From: Macrostomum lignano
Taxonomy: Eukaryota
Length of the DNA: 64,000 nt
Direction of reading: 5' to 3'
Assembly: GCA_002269645.1 (NCBI GenBank)
Contig: NIVC01001504.1
Span: 1-64,000 of the forward strand
In this document: in pieces, positions 51,431 to 63,746 of the stretch
Position numbering within the stretch: position 1 is the first letter of the stretch
How the letters are laid out: every line of letters begins with the position of its first letter
The notes under the pieces: model-generated
What the model was told of the DNA's origin: nothing
The model's database searches: none
The model's input: only the letters and a program-made list of their open reading frames with translations
Position numbers and translations under genes: made by a program

Positions 51431-53820
51431 GCGCTGACGCTCTCACCGCAGCTCGCTGCTGGCGGCCCCATTGAGGAGGACAGCCTGGCGCTGGCCTCCA
51501 ACAACAACAGCAGCAGCACCAACAATGACACGGTGAATGACAATGGCAATGGCACCCGGACTTCCCGCCAGGACCGGGGCGGCAGCGGCAGCAGCAGCAG
51601 CGGCGGCGGCAAGTCCTCGGCGGACGGCGCCATGACCAAGACGGTGGACCACACGATTCCCGACCGCTACGTGGGCCTGATGATCGGCAAGGGCGGGGAC
51701 TCGATCTCCCGGCTGCAGGATGACTCTGGGGCGAAGATCCAGATCAGCCCGGAGAGTGTGGGCGCTCAGCGGCCCGTCACCATCACGGGGACGCACATGC
51801 AGATCGAGCTGGCCAAGCAGCTCATGGACATCGTGATCCAGAATGCCGAGAAGAACACCATCGCTTTCAACCCGTCCGACCTGCCCAGGGGCCAGGACTA
51901 CCTGGAGATGGCCGTGCCCGGGCCCAAGGTCGGCCTGCTGATTGGCAAGAACGGCGAGACCATCAAGAGCCTGCAGGAGAAGGCCGGCGTCAGGATGTTC
52001 CTCATCCAGGACTCCAGCACCGCCACGCTACAGGAGAAGCCGTTGAGGATCACCGGTGAGGCATGAGCGGCTTTTCATTTTTCCAGTTAAATCCGGCCTG
52101 CCCTGAGCAGTTTGGCACCTCGGGTGCTGTGGGGAATCCGGCCTGCCCTGAGCAGTTTGGCACCTCGGGTGCTGTGGGGAATCCGGCCTGCCCTGAGCAG
52201 TTTGGCACCTCGGGTGCTGTGGGGAATCCGGCCTGCCCTGAGCAGTTTGGCACCTCGGGTGCTGTGGGGAATCCGGCCTGCCCTGAGCAGTTTGGCACCT
52301 CGGGTGCTGTGGGGAATCCGGCCTGCCCTGAGCAGTTTGGCACCTCGGGTGCTGTGGGGAATCCGGCCTGCCCTGAGCAGTTTGGCACCTCGGGTGCTGT
52401 GGGGAATCCGGCCTGCCCTGATCAATCGTTGGAATGTCTCATCAGCTTTTACTAAGAAGAGTGAAGCTTTAGCCAATACGAAATGAGTACGAAATTACAT
52501 AGATTAATAATATTTACTGATGTGGTTTCGGGAGCACTTATAGTACAACGTGCACTGTCAAGAAGGAAACTCCAACTTTATCTCTTCAAAAACATCGCGG
52601 CCCTGACCTGTCACCCAACAGGCCCATCTGACCGGCTGCAGTACGCCAAGGAGCTGGTGCTGGAGCTGCTCAACTCAAAGGACGCCAAGGAGTTTCCGCC
52701 CGGCCATCGGAGCGGAAACTATGGCGATTCGTTCCGCGAGATCTCTGTGCCCCGCCGCTGCGTCGGCGTGGTGATCGGCAAGGGCGGCGAAATGCTGCGC
52801 AAGATCAGCCAAGAGACGGGCGCCCGGGTGCAGTTCCGCCAGGAGGGCCCGCAGGACCACGACCTGCCCGAGCGGCTGCTGCAGGTGGGCGGCAGCGAGC
52901 AGGCGGTGGAGCAGGCCTTCGGCCGGGTGCAGCACCTCATCAACGCCGTGATGACCGGCGAGATCCCCGTGACCGACAGGCCGCGCGGCATGGAGAAGAA
53001 GACGGCGACGTACGCTGTGCCAGCGGAGAAGGCCGGCCTGGTCATCGGCAAGGGCGGCGACACCGTCAAGGAGATCAACAGAGTGTCCGGCGCCTACGTG
53101 TCCATCCAGCGCGACCAGCACGGCGCCAGCGAGACTGGCCTGAAGGTCTTCGACATCCAGGGCTCAGCCAGCCAGATCAGCGAAGCTGTGCGTCTCATCT
53201 GCGAGAAGGCCGGCCTGCCGCACGATCAGCACTTCTCCATCACAGCTGGCGGCGGCTCCTCGTCTTCGTCGTCCGCGGCTGCCGCAGCCGCTGCCGCAGC
53301 CGCCGCTGATCCGACGATGCCGGCGCCGCAGTTCAACAGCCAGACAGGGCAGCTGGACTACAGCTTGGCCTGGGCCGAGTACTACCGCCGCCAGGGCATG
53401 AACGAATACGCCGATGCCATCCTGCGCCAGTCTCAGCAGCAGCCACAGCAGCAGCCGGCCGGCGGAGCCGTTGCTAATGACAACCAATGGCAACAGTGGC
53501 AGTCGTGGCAGAACGGCCAGTCTCAGCAGCCACAGCAGCAGCAACAATCGCAGCAGCAGAACGCGGCCTGGGCCTGGGGCTCTTCAAGTCAAAGCGGCAG
53601 CGGTGGCGGAGGCGCTGGCGGGAGCAGCGGCGGCGGTGGCGGCGGCTGGGAGCAGTCCGCTGGTGGCGGCCAGGGCTGGGGCGGCGGCAGCGTCGGCCAG
53701 TGGAACAGCGGCGGCGGTGGCGGAGGTGAAGGCGGCGGCGGCCAAACGAGCAGCGGCTGGGGCGGCTCCCAGGACGGGCAGCAGGCGAACTGGTGGGACG
53801 CTACGCCCAGTGGGCGGTGA
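51431..53820 (+). CDS. Far-upstream-element-binding protein family (FUBP1/KHSRP/Psi-like), four KH domains, 2 visible exons; 5' end unresolved
   Basis: KH GxxG loops VGLMIGKGG, VGLLIGKNG, VGVVIGKGG and AGLVIGKGG; C-terminal DYSLAWAEYYRRQG (DUF1897-type). Intron 52056-52621 joins in phase 1 (ACC G|GC CCA). Confidence 0.9.
52090..52420. repeat. Intronic minisatellite, 45-bp unit AATCCGGCCTGCCCTGAGCAGTTTGGCACCTCGGGTGCTGTGGGG
   Basis: About 7 identical copies in the FUBP-like intron. Confidence 0.95.
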
Positions 53821-53986
53821 GGGATTTTGCTTGCGCTGGAAGCCGGCACTGCTTGCTGGCGAAGGAAACAGTATGGGCTCCGCTAGGAAGCAGTGCGGTT
53901 TCAAGTGCGTTTCATGTGCACAAAATCTAATAGCTTGAAGAGGAAACTCAAAATTTCATGAGTTTCCCACTTTACACGTAAGACTT

Positions 53987-54225
53987 ATCGGCCTCAATTT
54001 ACATCAGACTCCAGCTTCATCGGCCTCAATTTACATCAGACTCCAGCTTCATCGGCCTCAATTTACATCAGACTCCAGCTTCATCGGCCTCAATTTACAT
54101 CAGACTCCAGCTTCATCGGCCTCAATTTACATCAGACTCCAGCTTCATCGGCCTCAATTTACATCAGACTCCAGCTTCATCGGCCTCAATTTACATCAGA
54201 CTCCAGCTTCTTCGGCCTCAATTTC
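53987..54225. repeat. Minisatellite, 32-bp unit ATCGGCCTCAATTTACATCAGACTCCAGCTTC
   Basis: About 7 copies ~170 nt after the FUBP-like stop. Confidence 0.93.
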
Positions 54226-56371
54226 ATAATAATTAATTGTGACAACATTCGTACATCTTTAAATTAAAAATTAAATTAAAGTTAAAATGTCAGCAACTTC
54301 TACAACTCTGAGTAGCTCAGTACGATCCAAGTTCAACTCGACCCCTCAAATTTCAGGTAATGAGGAGGCCGGCCCGCCGCAGCTTCGCAAGCCGGTTCGC
54401 CGCTTTTTTCTTTGCCGTTTTTTTGTGTCGATTTTTTTTGCCTGACTGATTTTGCCGTTTCCTAGAAAGCGATTCACCCGTCTTGTTTTACGCGTCTGCC
54501 CCTTCCCCTCTTGCACTACTAGGCTTTAGCTGTCCTTTTCCCTCACTAATACTCCAGCGTCATATTCATGTATTATCTATTGATTATTGTGTTTTGTTTC
54601 TCTCTGCTTTGGTTTGGCCACAGATACCAAAACACTCGATGGGCCTCTCCTTAAAGGCAAAATCTGGCTTTCCACTGTCTATGGCCAAGACCGAGCCGAC
54701 AGCAGGTAGCGAAAGGCCTGCCTGCCTGCTGAGCATCAGTTGAAGTTCTTATATCTGTATGCAACTGGCCTTGGCGACAGAGTCTACATAATCATCATTA
54801 ATTGTGCGCGCCCAGTTTTTGCAAATTTGCAGCTCGTTTTACCTAATAATTGAGTTCTGTGTTAGTTTCCTTTGCGTCTGTTTTGTACTGCCCTTGCCTG
54901 TTGCTATAATAACTGCAGTCATTGCTGCTCCGGGTTCATTGTTCTCTTTTAAATGCTGCGCGTTGATTCCACCGTCAGGAGGTTTTGCTCACACTGTGGC
55001 CGCGAGCTCAGCTGTCTGCCTGTTAGTCTGGTTTATTGCTTGGTTTGCGTTTTTGTGTTTCTTTTCCTGCGATCCTGTCTGTTGTTTTTCCTTCTTTTTA
55101 TCAAATCCTGTTTATACGTAGCCGCGAGTGCAGAGCCTGTCTGGTGTGCATGCTCGGATGCCTACTATTTATGATTTTTGTTATTAATGTTAATTGTCTG
55201 CGAGTGAATCAACAGTCGTGTCCTGCAGCTATCAGTAATCCTGCATTGCCATATTTGCGTCAAGTATGGAGTTAATACTTAGTCTTAATAATAATTAATA
55301 ATATAGTGTTTAATTTTTTATTTAACTTTCCTTAATTGTTGCGCTTTGAGTCCTCGGATAGCTCTGCTTCTGTTTTGCTTTGTAAAATTATCTACTTATT
55401 AAATTATTCTAATAGTTTACCTGTGCGCTACTAAGAGTAGATCTATTGCGTTATTGGATAGCGATTTTGTCATTCTTTTTGCCTATCGAACTCTGCGCTA
55501 GCGGGAACTTACCTACAGTTACTACTGACCGAGGTGAGGTGCTTATTTAATCAATATTCAATAGTGCAAAGCTTCTCCGATCCTGTATAATTGCTTTATA
55601 TTTTCAGACTGCCATCTCACTGTTCCTTCTCTGCACTTTTGTTATGCTAGCTGCATTTGCGTCTAAGCTTATAATTACTATTAATTAATAATATAATAAC
55701 TGTTACTATTGTTATACGCCACTAATGTGCTTGTGTTGTGCCCGCTCGCCTTGACGGCGCAGCGGTTTGTACTGGTCATCTCTGTGATGAAGGAGCCGCT
55801 CTCTGTTTCTTAGTTGAGTATTTCTTGTCCCGCTCGAACAGAATGCTGGAACAGCTGCATCATAGCGTAGCCCCGATAATGCATAACAAATAACAAAGAC
55901 CGAATTTTAATGCGCAGAACAAAGACGAGTTCCCAGTTTGGGTGAATCAGAAAGAGGCCCTTCAAATAATGAGAAAAAGTTTATTCGCTTTGCTAAAATG
56001 TGCGAAATTGCGTCTGGGGCTTTGGATTGCACGCGCAGCTCGGGAAGCACATGCAGGCGAGTGAATGTGCATAGCAGATCCAATGGGATCGAACTCAAAA
56101 TGATGGCTACTAAATAGTAAAATGTAACAGGCGAGATGAGGGCCAGCAAGATGACTAAACACGAATAGCTAATGCCGAATAGGAATTTACAGAATTGAAA
56201 ATAAAACTTGTAGGAAATTTATTTAACAGGTAAAGCTCGCAACTGACAACTACTCATAGTAAGCGCTTAGTACATGATGTAATGTAACTGTCGGCAAGTT
56301 TTAATAAGTGACACAAAATTCTGCTTCTCTTGCACAAGATTAATAAAGTTATTGTAACCTGCTGATTGAGT

Positions 56372-56580
56372 ATCTGCTAGATCCTACCTACCCACACCGA
56401 TCTATCTGCTAGATCCTACCTACCCACACCGATCTATCTGCTAGATCCTACCTTCCCACACCGATCTATCTGCTAGCTCCTACCTACCCACACCTATCTA
56501 TCTGCTAGATCTTACCCACCCACAGTCCCACACCAATCTATCTGCTAGATCCTACCTACCCACACCGATCTACATCTACC
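56372..56580. repeat. Minisatellite, 32-bp unit TATCTGCTAGATCCTACCTACCCACACCGATC
   Basis: About 6 copies ~80 nt downstream of the AGPAT stop. Confidence 0.88.
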
Positions 56581-56661
56581 TGCCCAAGTATGTACCGCAC
56601 AGCTAGAGCAACAGCAAGACAGCCGTCTCTTCTACGAATTCGGCGTGCAGCCAGGTGGACT

Positions 56662-59600
56662 TCAGTCCGCCTTGCAGTCGCTGGCAGCGGACAGCCGGCT
56701 GTACTCAGCGCTCATGGCGTCCCGAACTCGCTTTGTCAGGTCGGCGACGTCCGCCTCGGTCAGGCCGGCGGTGGGCAGCGGCTCCAGCACTGTGGCCTCC
56801 ACTTCGCCCTGCTGGAACAGGCCCGACCGCTTCGAGTAGAAGGAAGAGTAGTTTGAGAACACGATGGGCACCACCGGCACCTGGCGATGGGGGCGGGAAT
56901 GACGGCGGGATTATCCCACAGTGACATCATGAAAATCCCAGAGTGACATAATGTTAATCCCAGAGTGACATCATGAAAATCCCAGAGTGACATCATGAAA
57001 ATCCCAGAGTGACGGCAGGATAATCCCAGAGTGACGGCAGGATAATCCCAGAGTGGCGGCATGATAATCTCAGAGTGACATGATAATCCCAGAGTGACAT
57101 CAGGATAATCCCAGAGTGACGGGCTGACGGCATGATAATTCCAGAGTGACGGCATGATAATCCCAGAGTGTGACGTCAGGATAATCCCAGAGTGACGGCA
57201 GGATAATCCCAGAGTGACAGCATGATAATCCCAGAGTGACATCAGGATAATCTCAGAGTGGCGGCATGATAATCCCAGAGTGACATCACGAAAATCCCAG
57301 AGTGACGGCAGGATAATCCTAAGCAACGTGAACCAAAATCTGCACTATATTAAGACACGCTTAAGGACGCAGTCACAGGGGCACAAAACACAAGGTCCAA
57401 AAGGCAGCACGGCGGCATACAATTTAGGTCAGGCAGCCTCATAGCTGCATGGAAGTCTAATTCCATGTTGTAAGGGCCCGAGCTGCAGGGCTCATGCCGC
57501 ACAGCCCAGCCCCAGCAGCAGCTCAGAGAACAGTTGCTCTCAAACGCCCCCGAGCTACTCGCAGATAACGTGCTGGGTGATATTGGCGCGCGAGCAAAGT
57601 TGAAAAAAAAGCAAATTTCTTATCGCTAGTGGGGCCGGCACGGCCTGCAGTTCAATGCCTGTTTTAACTGCTTTCTCAATGCAGTGCCAATGTCTTATAC
57701 AGGCCTCAGAAAATGAAAATAGGATTTTGAGTTCACGATGACCCATAAGCATCCGCGATGACCCAGAAGCATCTAGGATTACCCAGGGGAATTCAAGTTG
57801 ACCCAGATGAATCCACGATGACCCAGATGAGTTCACGATGACCCTAGTGAATCTACGATGACCCAGATGAGTTCACGATGACCGTTGTGAATCCACGATG
57901 ACCCAGATGAGTTCACGATGACCGTTGTGAATCCACGATGACCCAGATGAGTTCACGATGACCCTAGTGAATCCACGATGACCCAGATGAGTTCACGATG
58001 ACCGTTGTGAATCCACGACATACATGCGCAACCTTGGGAATCACCCGGCCGTTTCTATTGGCAACACACACATGTAAGTCGCTATTGGCTGAGAGCAGTC
58101 ACGTGACTACTATTCTGTCCAATAGCGACTTACGTGTGTGTGTGTTGCCAATAGAAACGGCCGGGTGAATCCCTAGGTTGCACCCAAGCATGATCCACGA
58201 TGACCCAGAAGCATCTAAAATAACACAGATGAATGAATCCACGATGACCCAGATGAATCCACGATGACCCAGATGAATCCACGATGACCCAGATGAATCC
58301 ACGATGACCCAGATGAATCCAAAAAAACCCAGATGAATCCAAAATGACCCAGATGAATCCACGATGACCCAGATGAATCCACGATGATCCAGATAAATTC
58401 ACGATGACCCAGATGAATCCACGATGACCCAGATGAATCCACGATGACCCAGATGAATCCACGATGACCCAGATGAGTTCACAATGACCCAGATGAATCC
58501 ACGATGACCCAGATAAGTTCACAATGACCCAGATGAATTCCGATGACTCAAACTAATCCACAAAGGCCTAAACGAATCCCGCGGTGCCGCACCTGCGCCT
58601 GCACAGCCAGATGGAAGGCGCCCTTCTTGAAGTCGCCCAGGTCGGCGCCGGAGACGCGGGTGCCCTCGGGGAAAATCCACACTCGCACGGTGTCGTCCTG
58701 CCGGGCCATGCGGGCGGCCAGGCGGCGCATCTCGGCCTGGGCGGACTGGCGGCCCCTGGAGACGAAGACGCAGCCGCAGAGCCAGGCGGCCAGGCCGAAC
58801 CAGCCGGCGAACATCAGCGACTTCTTGGCAACGATGGTGCACTGGTACGGCCACAGCAGGCCCACGCCCATGAGGTCGATGCTGGACTGGTGGTTGGAGA
58901 CCAGCACGTAGCTGCCCTGCAGCTGCCGGAGCCTCGCCAGGTTGTTAACCCGGTAGCGAAGGCCATACAGCCAGCGGGTGAAGGCCAGCGTGGCCATGGG
59001 GTACCTGTGAGGTATCAATTAGGGAAGAATTATTGAACTCATGGGAATCTTATGGCTTTAGGATTATTGTAATTTTATGTAAAATGGCCTGTGGTGAAAC
59101 CAAGTAGTCATGACACCTGATATTAGGTATAGAATTGATTTTCTCATAGTCTTAAAGGTATTCTTATTGCTTTCTTTATTGATTTTAAGGATCTAGAGAA
59201 GGCTACTTGTACTTTTATGACTAATAATAATGCGTATATTAAGTCAAAACAATGTTTTGAAGTGATTAATCTATTTATTTATTTACAGCTTTATATAAAA
59301 TAATGATAAATCATAACATAAATTTTGGTATCAACCCAGTCATTCAAATAAGCATGAGCAAGGGTTGAAAAACTCTGGCCCATGGGCCACATGCAGCCTA
59401 TAAAGCCTCTCTATTTGACCCTCATGTCCTTTGAAAATTTGTTCACAATAGCAATCCAGCCCACTCAATGTTTATATCTCTTCTCTTATCTCTCCTCTTC
59501 TCTCTACTCCTCTCTTCTCTCTTCTTTATTCTTTCTCTCTTCTAGCCTGCAGTCATTCTTTAGATTAAGGGTTGGCAAACTCCAGCCTGCAGGCCAAATC

Positions 59601-62236
59601 TGGCCCATGACACCTTCAAGCCTGGCCTGCAACACTCTTACTAACAATGTAAAAGTAGCCCATAAATCAATTTTGTGTTGAAACATTCAACTTTATAAGT
59701 AAAATTAGCTTTCACACCATCATTCCTATAGTTTTAACTGTAAAGTTGTTGGTTATAGCTTGTATTTGGTCTAATAATCTAAAATGGTCATTTATAGCCA
59801 CAATTTATGTATTTTTGCTAGCCCATTGCCTTAGCTCAGTCTTCCAAGCTGGCCTGGACTGAAAAGTCTACTAACCCTTGATTTAAAGAATATATATCTA
59901 ATAGCTATAAAATGGCAATAAAATCTATTGAGTTAAACATTAAACATTGAATGATATGTTATACTAATAAGTTAAATTTTCTTAACAATAACAAAAGAAT
60001 ATGAAGTTAGTGCAATTAGCACAGTTTAAGAGCTTTGATGCTATTATATGAATTAATGCATTGATATAATTATATATAATTCTTAATTCTTCCAATAAGC
60101 TTACAATCAATAACCAAAAAGCTTTTTTATATAAGCTAACTTTAGTCTTTGATAGCAAAAATATACTTTGATATATTTTATAACTTTATGCTTAATTTTC
60201 TATTATCAAAAAAGATTTTTTATATTGTTTTATTCAAACTAATCAGATTTACATAGGTTAAATAAAGGGAACAAAGTGATCTTTTTAAATAATATAATAA
60301 TTTGAAAAAAAAGTGATAATTAGTACCTTTTTTGAGTATCCTTAACAACAAGTGACATGCTTAACATTGGATATACTAACATTAGCTTTAGATATTTTGC
60401 AAGACTTAATATTGTATAGGTCTTGGGATTCTAGGAAAATATTATGATTTCTATTTGTTGTGGCAGTGGCATTAAATGTTAAACATTAAATGGCATTAAA
60501 TGTTAAACATTAAATGGCATTAAATGTTAAAGCATAAAATGCATATCTATTAAAACAATGATAAAAGTAAAGGAAATTGTAGTTAAACAGAAATACTATT
60601 AGTATTGAGTAATTAGAATTATTATTATGTTATTACAAATTGATAATATAATAAAAGGGCCATCATCACAAGTTGGGTTTCATTTTAGATTTTTTTGATA
60701 AAAACTGAGTCATTGAATAGTAACTGGTTGTTTCACCTATAAACCTATAAATTTTGCCCCAGACCATTTTGCCCACAGAACTGTTTTGCCCATAGACTGT
60801 TTTGGCCATGGACCATTTCTAAACTTTACAATTTTAAACTTTATACTTTGATTCTAAATTTTGGTGACAAATCATACTCTTTAAGTATTTCTGGCTTTAC
60901 CTTGCATGTAACCGAAACCTTTTCTCACCTTTTGATTGTTAAAATTGGCTTTAATTGTCACACTTTCAAAAGGAATGACTTTTTAAAAAAAACTCATAAT
61001 CATTAATTGTAATAAACAAAATTGCAATAATACAATTGTTGTAGTAACCATTTAGATAATATTTTATTACACATTAAAACTAAAAAATAGCATTAAAAAA
61101 GAAAATAAAGATACATGTATGGTTGTATCTCTAAATTATTTAATTACCATTTTGGCTGAAATGCCTGTAGCCAAACTGGTTTAAGGGCAAAATAGATAAT
61201 GGGCAAAATGGTCTGGGGACAAAATGCCCATTGCCAAAATGGTTTGAGGGCGAAAAGGTTGACGGTCATTTCGTCTGCCGCCAGTTCGTCTGCCACCCTT
61301 TCGTCTGCAAGAATACAATATAGTCGTTTCGTCTACCAACGAATAGTAAAGTTTTAATAAGTGTAAATATGTCAGTTGTTGTCATTAATTTGAGATTTGA
61401 GATATTTGAGATATATTTCTTAGTAATAATGACTTAAACGAGTAATTTCTGAATATTTTTGTTTATATTTAATAAACTACGCAATTGAATGAATTCAATG
61501 CATTTTTGTCATGATATGGCATGACGCCATACTATCTCTTAACCGTCTCAAAGCTTCAAAGCTCAAAAGCAATTAGTCGAGTTAGAATTATTTTACTTAT
61601 TATAAGTAAGTTACACGCGCAGAAATTATAAATCCCATTCACAGCTCACTACGTAGATTCAATTAAAGCTTATATACGAATAATTGTATTTCTTGGAAAC
61701 ATTGCGATAAGCAAAAATAAAATACAAAGACATCTAATTCTAAATCTAAAAATTACTAGTAAATTCTACTTATTAAAAATAAACTATAAATTAATTTCAG
61801 CCATTTATAAAACTTATTTTGCTACTTATTTTAAAAAGTCATTTCGTCTGCCGGCAGACGAAAAGGCAGCAGACGAAATGACCGCGCACCATTCATGGAA
61901 TTCATTTAAATTAGTAGAAGATTATAATTATGCTCTTCATCAAATAGGCAACAATCAAAATCATAAAACAGAAAAAATAATTCTAACTTGCTTGATTTCT
62001 ATGATTTGCTTATTAACATTTATATGAGCAATGTGTACATACTTATAGTTGCTTAATTGGCGAGGTGTAGCCAGCGCAAGAACGGTTGTGATAAATCCAT
62101 AAATAAGGAGCAGCATGTAGTAAACGGACATCTTTGTTCTGTATTGCCATGCATTTGGCAACATAGGGATGATAACAAAGAAAAAAGTAATAAAAATGAA
62201 AAGACAAGCTCCTAAATACTGCAGAATTATATACAT
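56662..62236 (-). CDS. 1-acyl-sn-glycerol-3-phosphate acyltransferase (AGPAT1/2-type LPAAT), 3 exons
   Basis: Acyltransferase motifs SNHQSSID, AKKSL, FVSR, VWIFPEGTR, FKKGAFHLAVQAQ|VPVVPIV. Exons 62043-62236 (ATG 62236), 58593-59004 and 56662-56880 join in phases 2 and 0. Exon 1 aligns to the AGPAT1 N-terminal TM segment (KM..Y...N.K). Confidence 0.93.
56905..57320. repeat. Intronic minisatellite, ~22-bp unit ATAATCCCAGAGTGACGGCAGG
   Basis: Starts ~25 nt from the acceptor of AGPAT intron 2. Confidence 0.88.
57735..58545. repeat. Intronic minisatellite, 20-bp unit GATGACCCAGATGAATCCAC, interrupted by a palindrome
   Basis: Two blocks, ~57735-58020 and ~58190-58545. Confidence 0.9.
58026..58183. 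other. Loop-less ~158-bp palindrome (hairpin MITE-like insert)
   Basis: Arms GCAACC.TGGGA.TCACCCGGCCGTTTCTATTGGCAACACACA...GTAAGTCGCTATTGG and its reverse complement, centred on AGTCAC|GTGACT at 58102/58103. Confidence 0.85.
60750..61255. mobile_element. Degenerate MITE-like element with CCATTTTGCCC / GGGCAAAATGG subterminal repeats
   Basis: The motif is in opposite orientation at the two ends; exact termini and TSD not found. Confidence 0.4.
61257..61890. mobile_element. MULE-related non-autonomous element (CGGTCATTTCGTCTGC TIRs)
   Basis: Left GACGGTCATTTCGTCTGCC with repeated TTCGTCTGC; right GCAGACGAAATGACCGCGCACC; shares GGTCATTTCGTC with the 22082-24794 MULE; no TSD found. Confidence 0.6.
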
Positions 62237-63594
62237 TACTGCACTCGGCAAGTTAAATGAGTCAAGAGACAGATGTTGCTCAAGCTTAAATGTAATACTA
62301 GAAAGAAAAAACAGCTCTCATCCAAAAAATAGGTTTTAAAAACTTTAAAAAATGACTGAGTTCACTGATGACTTTCATAGAAAATCAAGAATTTAAATAA
62401 TGTAACTAATATGTTTATCAATATAACAAACAATCCATACACTAAAGCTTAAGAATGTGAAGACTGTTAAATTAAGTAAACATAAATTTTTATGGTTAGT
62501 AAAGTTTTTAAATAATCAACTGTATTTATTTATTAGAATTTTATTTATTTATTTCTGTACTTTGGCTTAAATTAGTTACAATCTAAATGGCGGTTACATA
62601 TGACGGTGTACGTGCATCATTTGGTTACCTGAATTTCTTATATGGAAAGAATGGTTGCAATCAGGGGGGCTGGGGAGCGGGGGGTGGTCGCCCCCCCCCC
62701 TAGGCGCGGAGACCCAAAAAATCAAAGGGGGACCAAGCGAATTTTCGCCAAAAACAGAGCCACCCCTCCGCCCCCCCTCCCGGGACTTTACCCTCCAGAA
62801 TCCGCCCCCCCTTCAAAAAATTTCTGGTTGCAATTTTCCTAAGAGTATATTAAAAATTAAAAAATAGCAAAGTTGCTACTACCTACTCTTTGATTCGATT
62901 CAGTAAAAGGCAGCCAGAAATTTTCAGATGCAATTGCAGAACTAGCGCATTATATGTAGATTTTGCGTTCTTCTGTATCTGTATGAGTTAAATGTAGCTC
63001 TAAATGACTAAATCTAATGTAGCTATACATGTAATTACTGATCTTGACTGCACCATCGGGATACACCGATTTGTCTCTTAATTGCTGCTGTTTTTTAGTC
63101 TTAGTCACACTATGTTCACGTTGTCTATGGGCAGTCGATTGTTTAGTTAGAACACCGAACGGTAAACACTTTAGACGGAAGGAAGACGGGGACTTCCAAT
63201 CATTCTCCATAGCCACAACCACAATTCCCACCCCACTGGTATATTCTGTGCACAAACCCAGCAAGCATGGCAGTGAGCAGCTCTTTAGGAATTTGGGTGG
63301 GTGGGGCCATTTCCCTACTAGATCTCGTCCTCAATTCAAAGCGAGGCGCTCACCACACGCAAACGGAAAAGAAGCTTGTCTGACCCAAACCGGTCTGAAC
63401 CGGATCTGCCTTTCCCTCACCCCTTACTTTCAATCTTGCGCACTTCCATGATTCACGGCTAGGCGTGACTTGGGCAAATTGGCCCGCCCGAACTTGTACG
63501 CACAACCAATGTACAACTGTGTACATTCTTATCGGGCATTTCCCTTCCCCAACGCGCGTTGCCATAAACAACGGTGGAAAATTCTAGAATCGGC

Positions 63595-63746
63595 CTATAA
63601 ATTGGAGCCAACGCCCAGTGCGAGAGGCTCTGTATCGGCAAGCAGTGTCTCTTATAGACAGCTAACTGCTCTATTTGCAAAGTTTCAACTTTACTTTCTC
63701 TGCGATCTACTTCTACTAAGGCTATTTAGCAGCAAAAATGGTAAGT
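63595..63746 (+). promoter_or_regulatory. Possible divergent gene start: TATA-like box and ATG-only first coding exon
   Basis: TATAAA at 63595; AAAAATG|GTAAGT at 63734-63746 (ATG 63738-63740 followed by a perfect donor). The rest would lie beyond the window. Confidence 0.4.

Noticed and set aside
52063-52486. 15-aa repeat ORFs (NPACPEQFGTSGAVG etc.) and an early acceptor at 52087
   Set aside because: Intronic 45-bp repeat; using the early acceptor gives an immediate stop, while the 52621 acceptor restores KH2.
59359-59880. Possible hAT/Charlie-like MITE (CAAGGGTT...AACCCTTG)
   Set aside because: Short degenerate termini and no TSD; not enough support.
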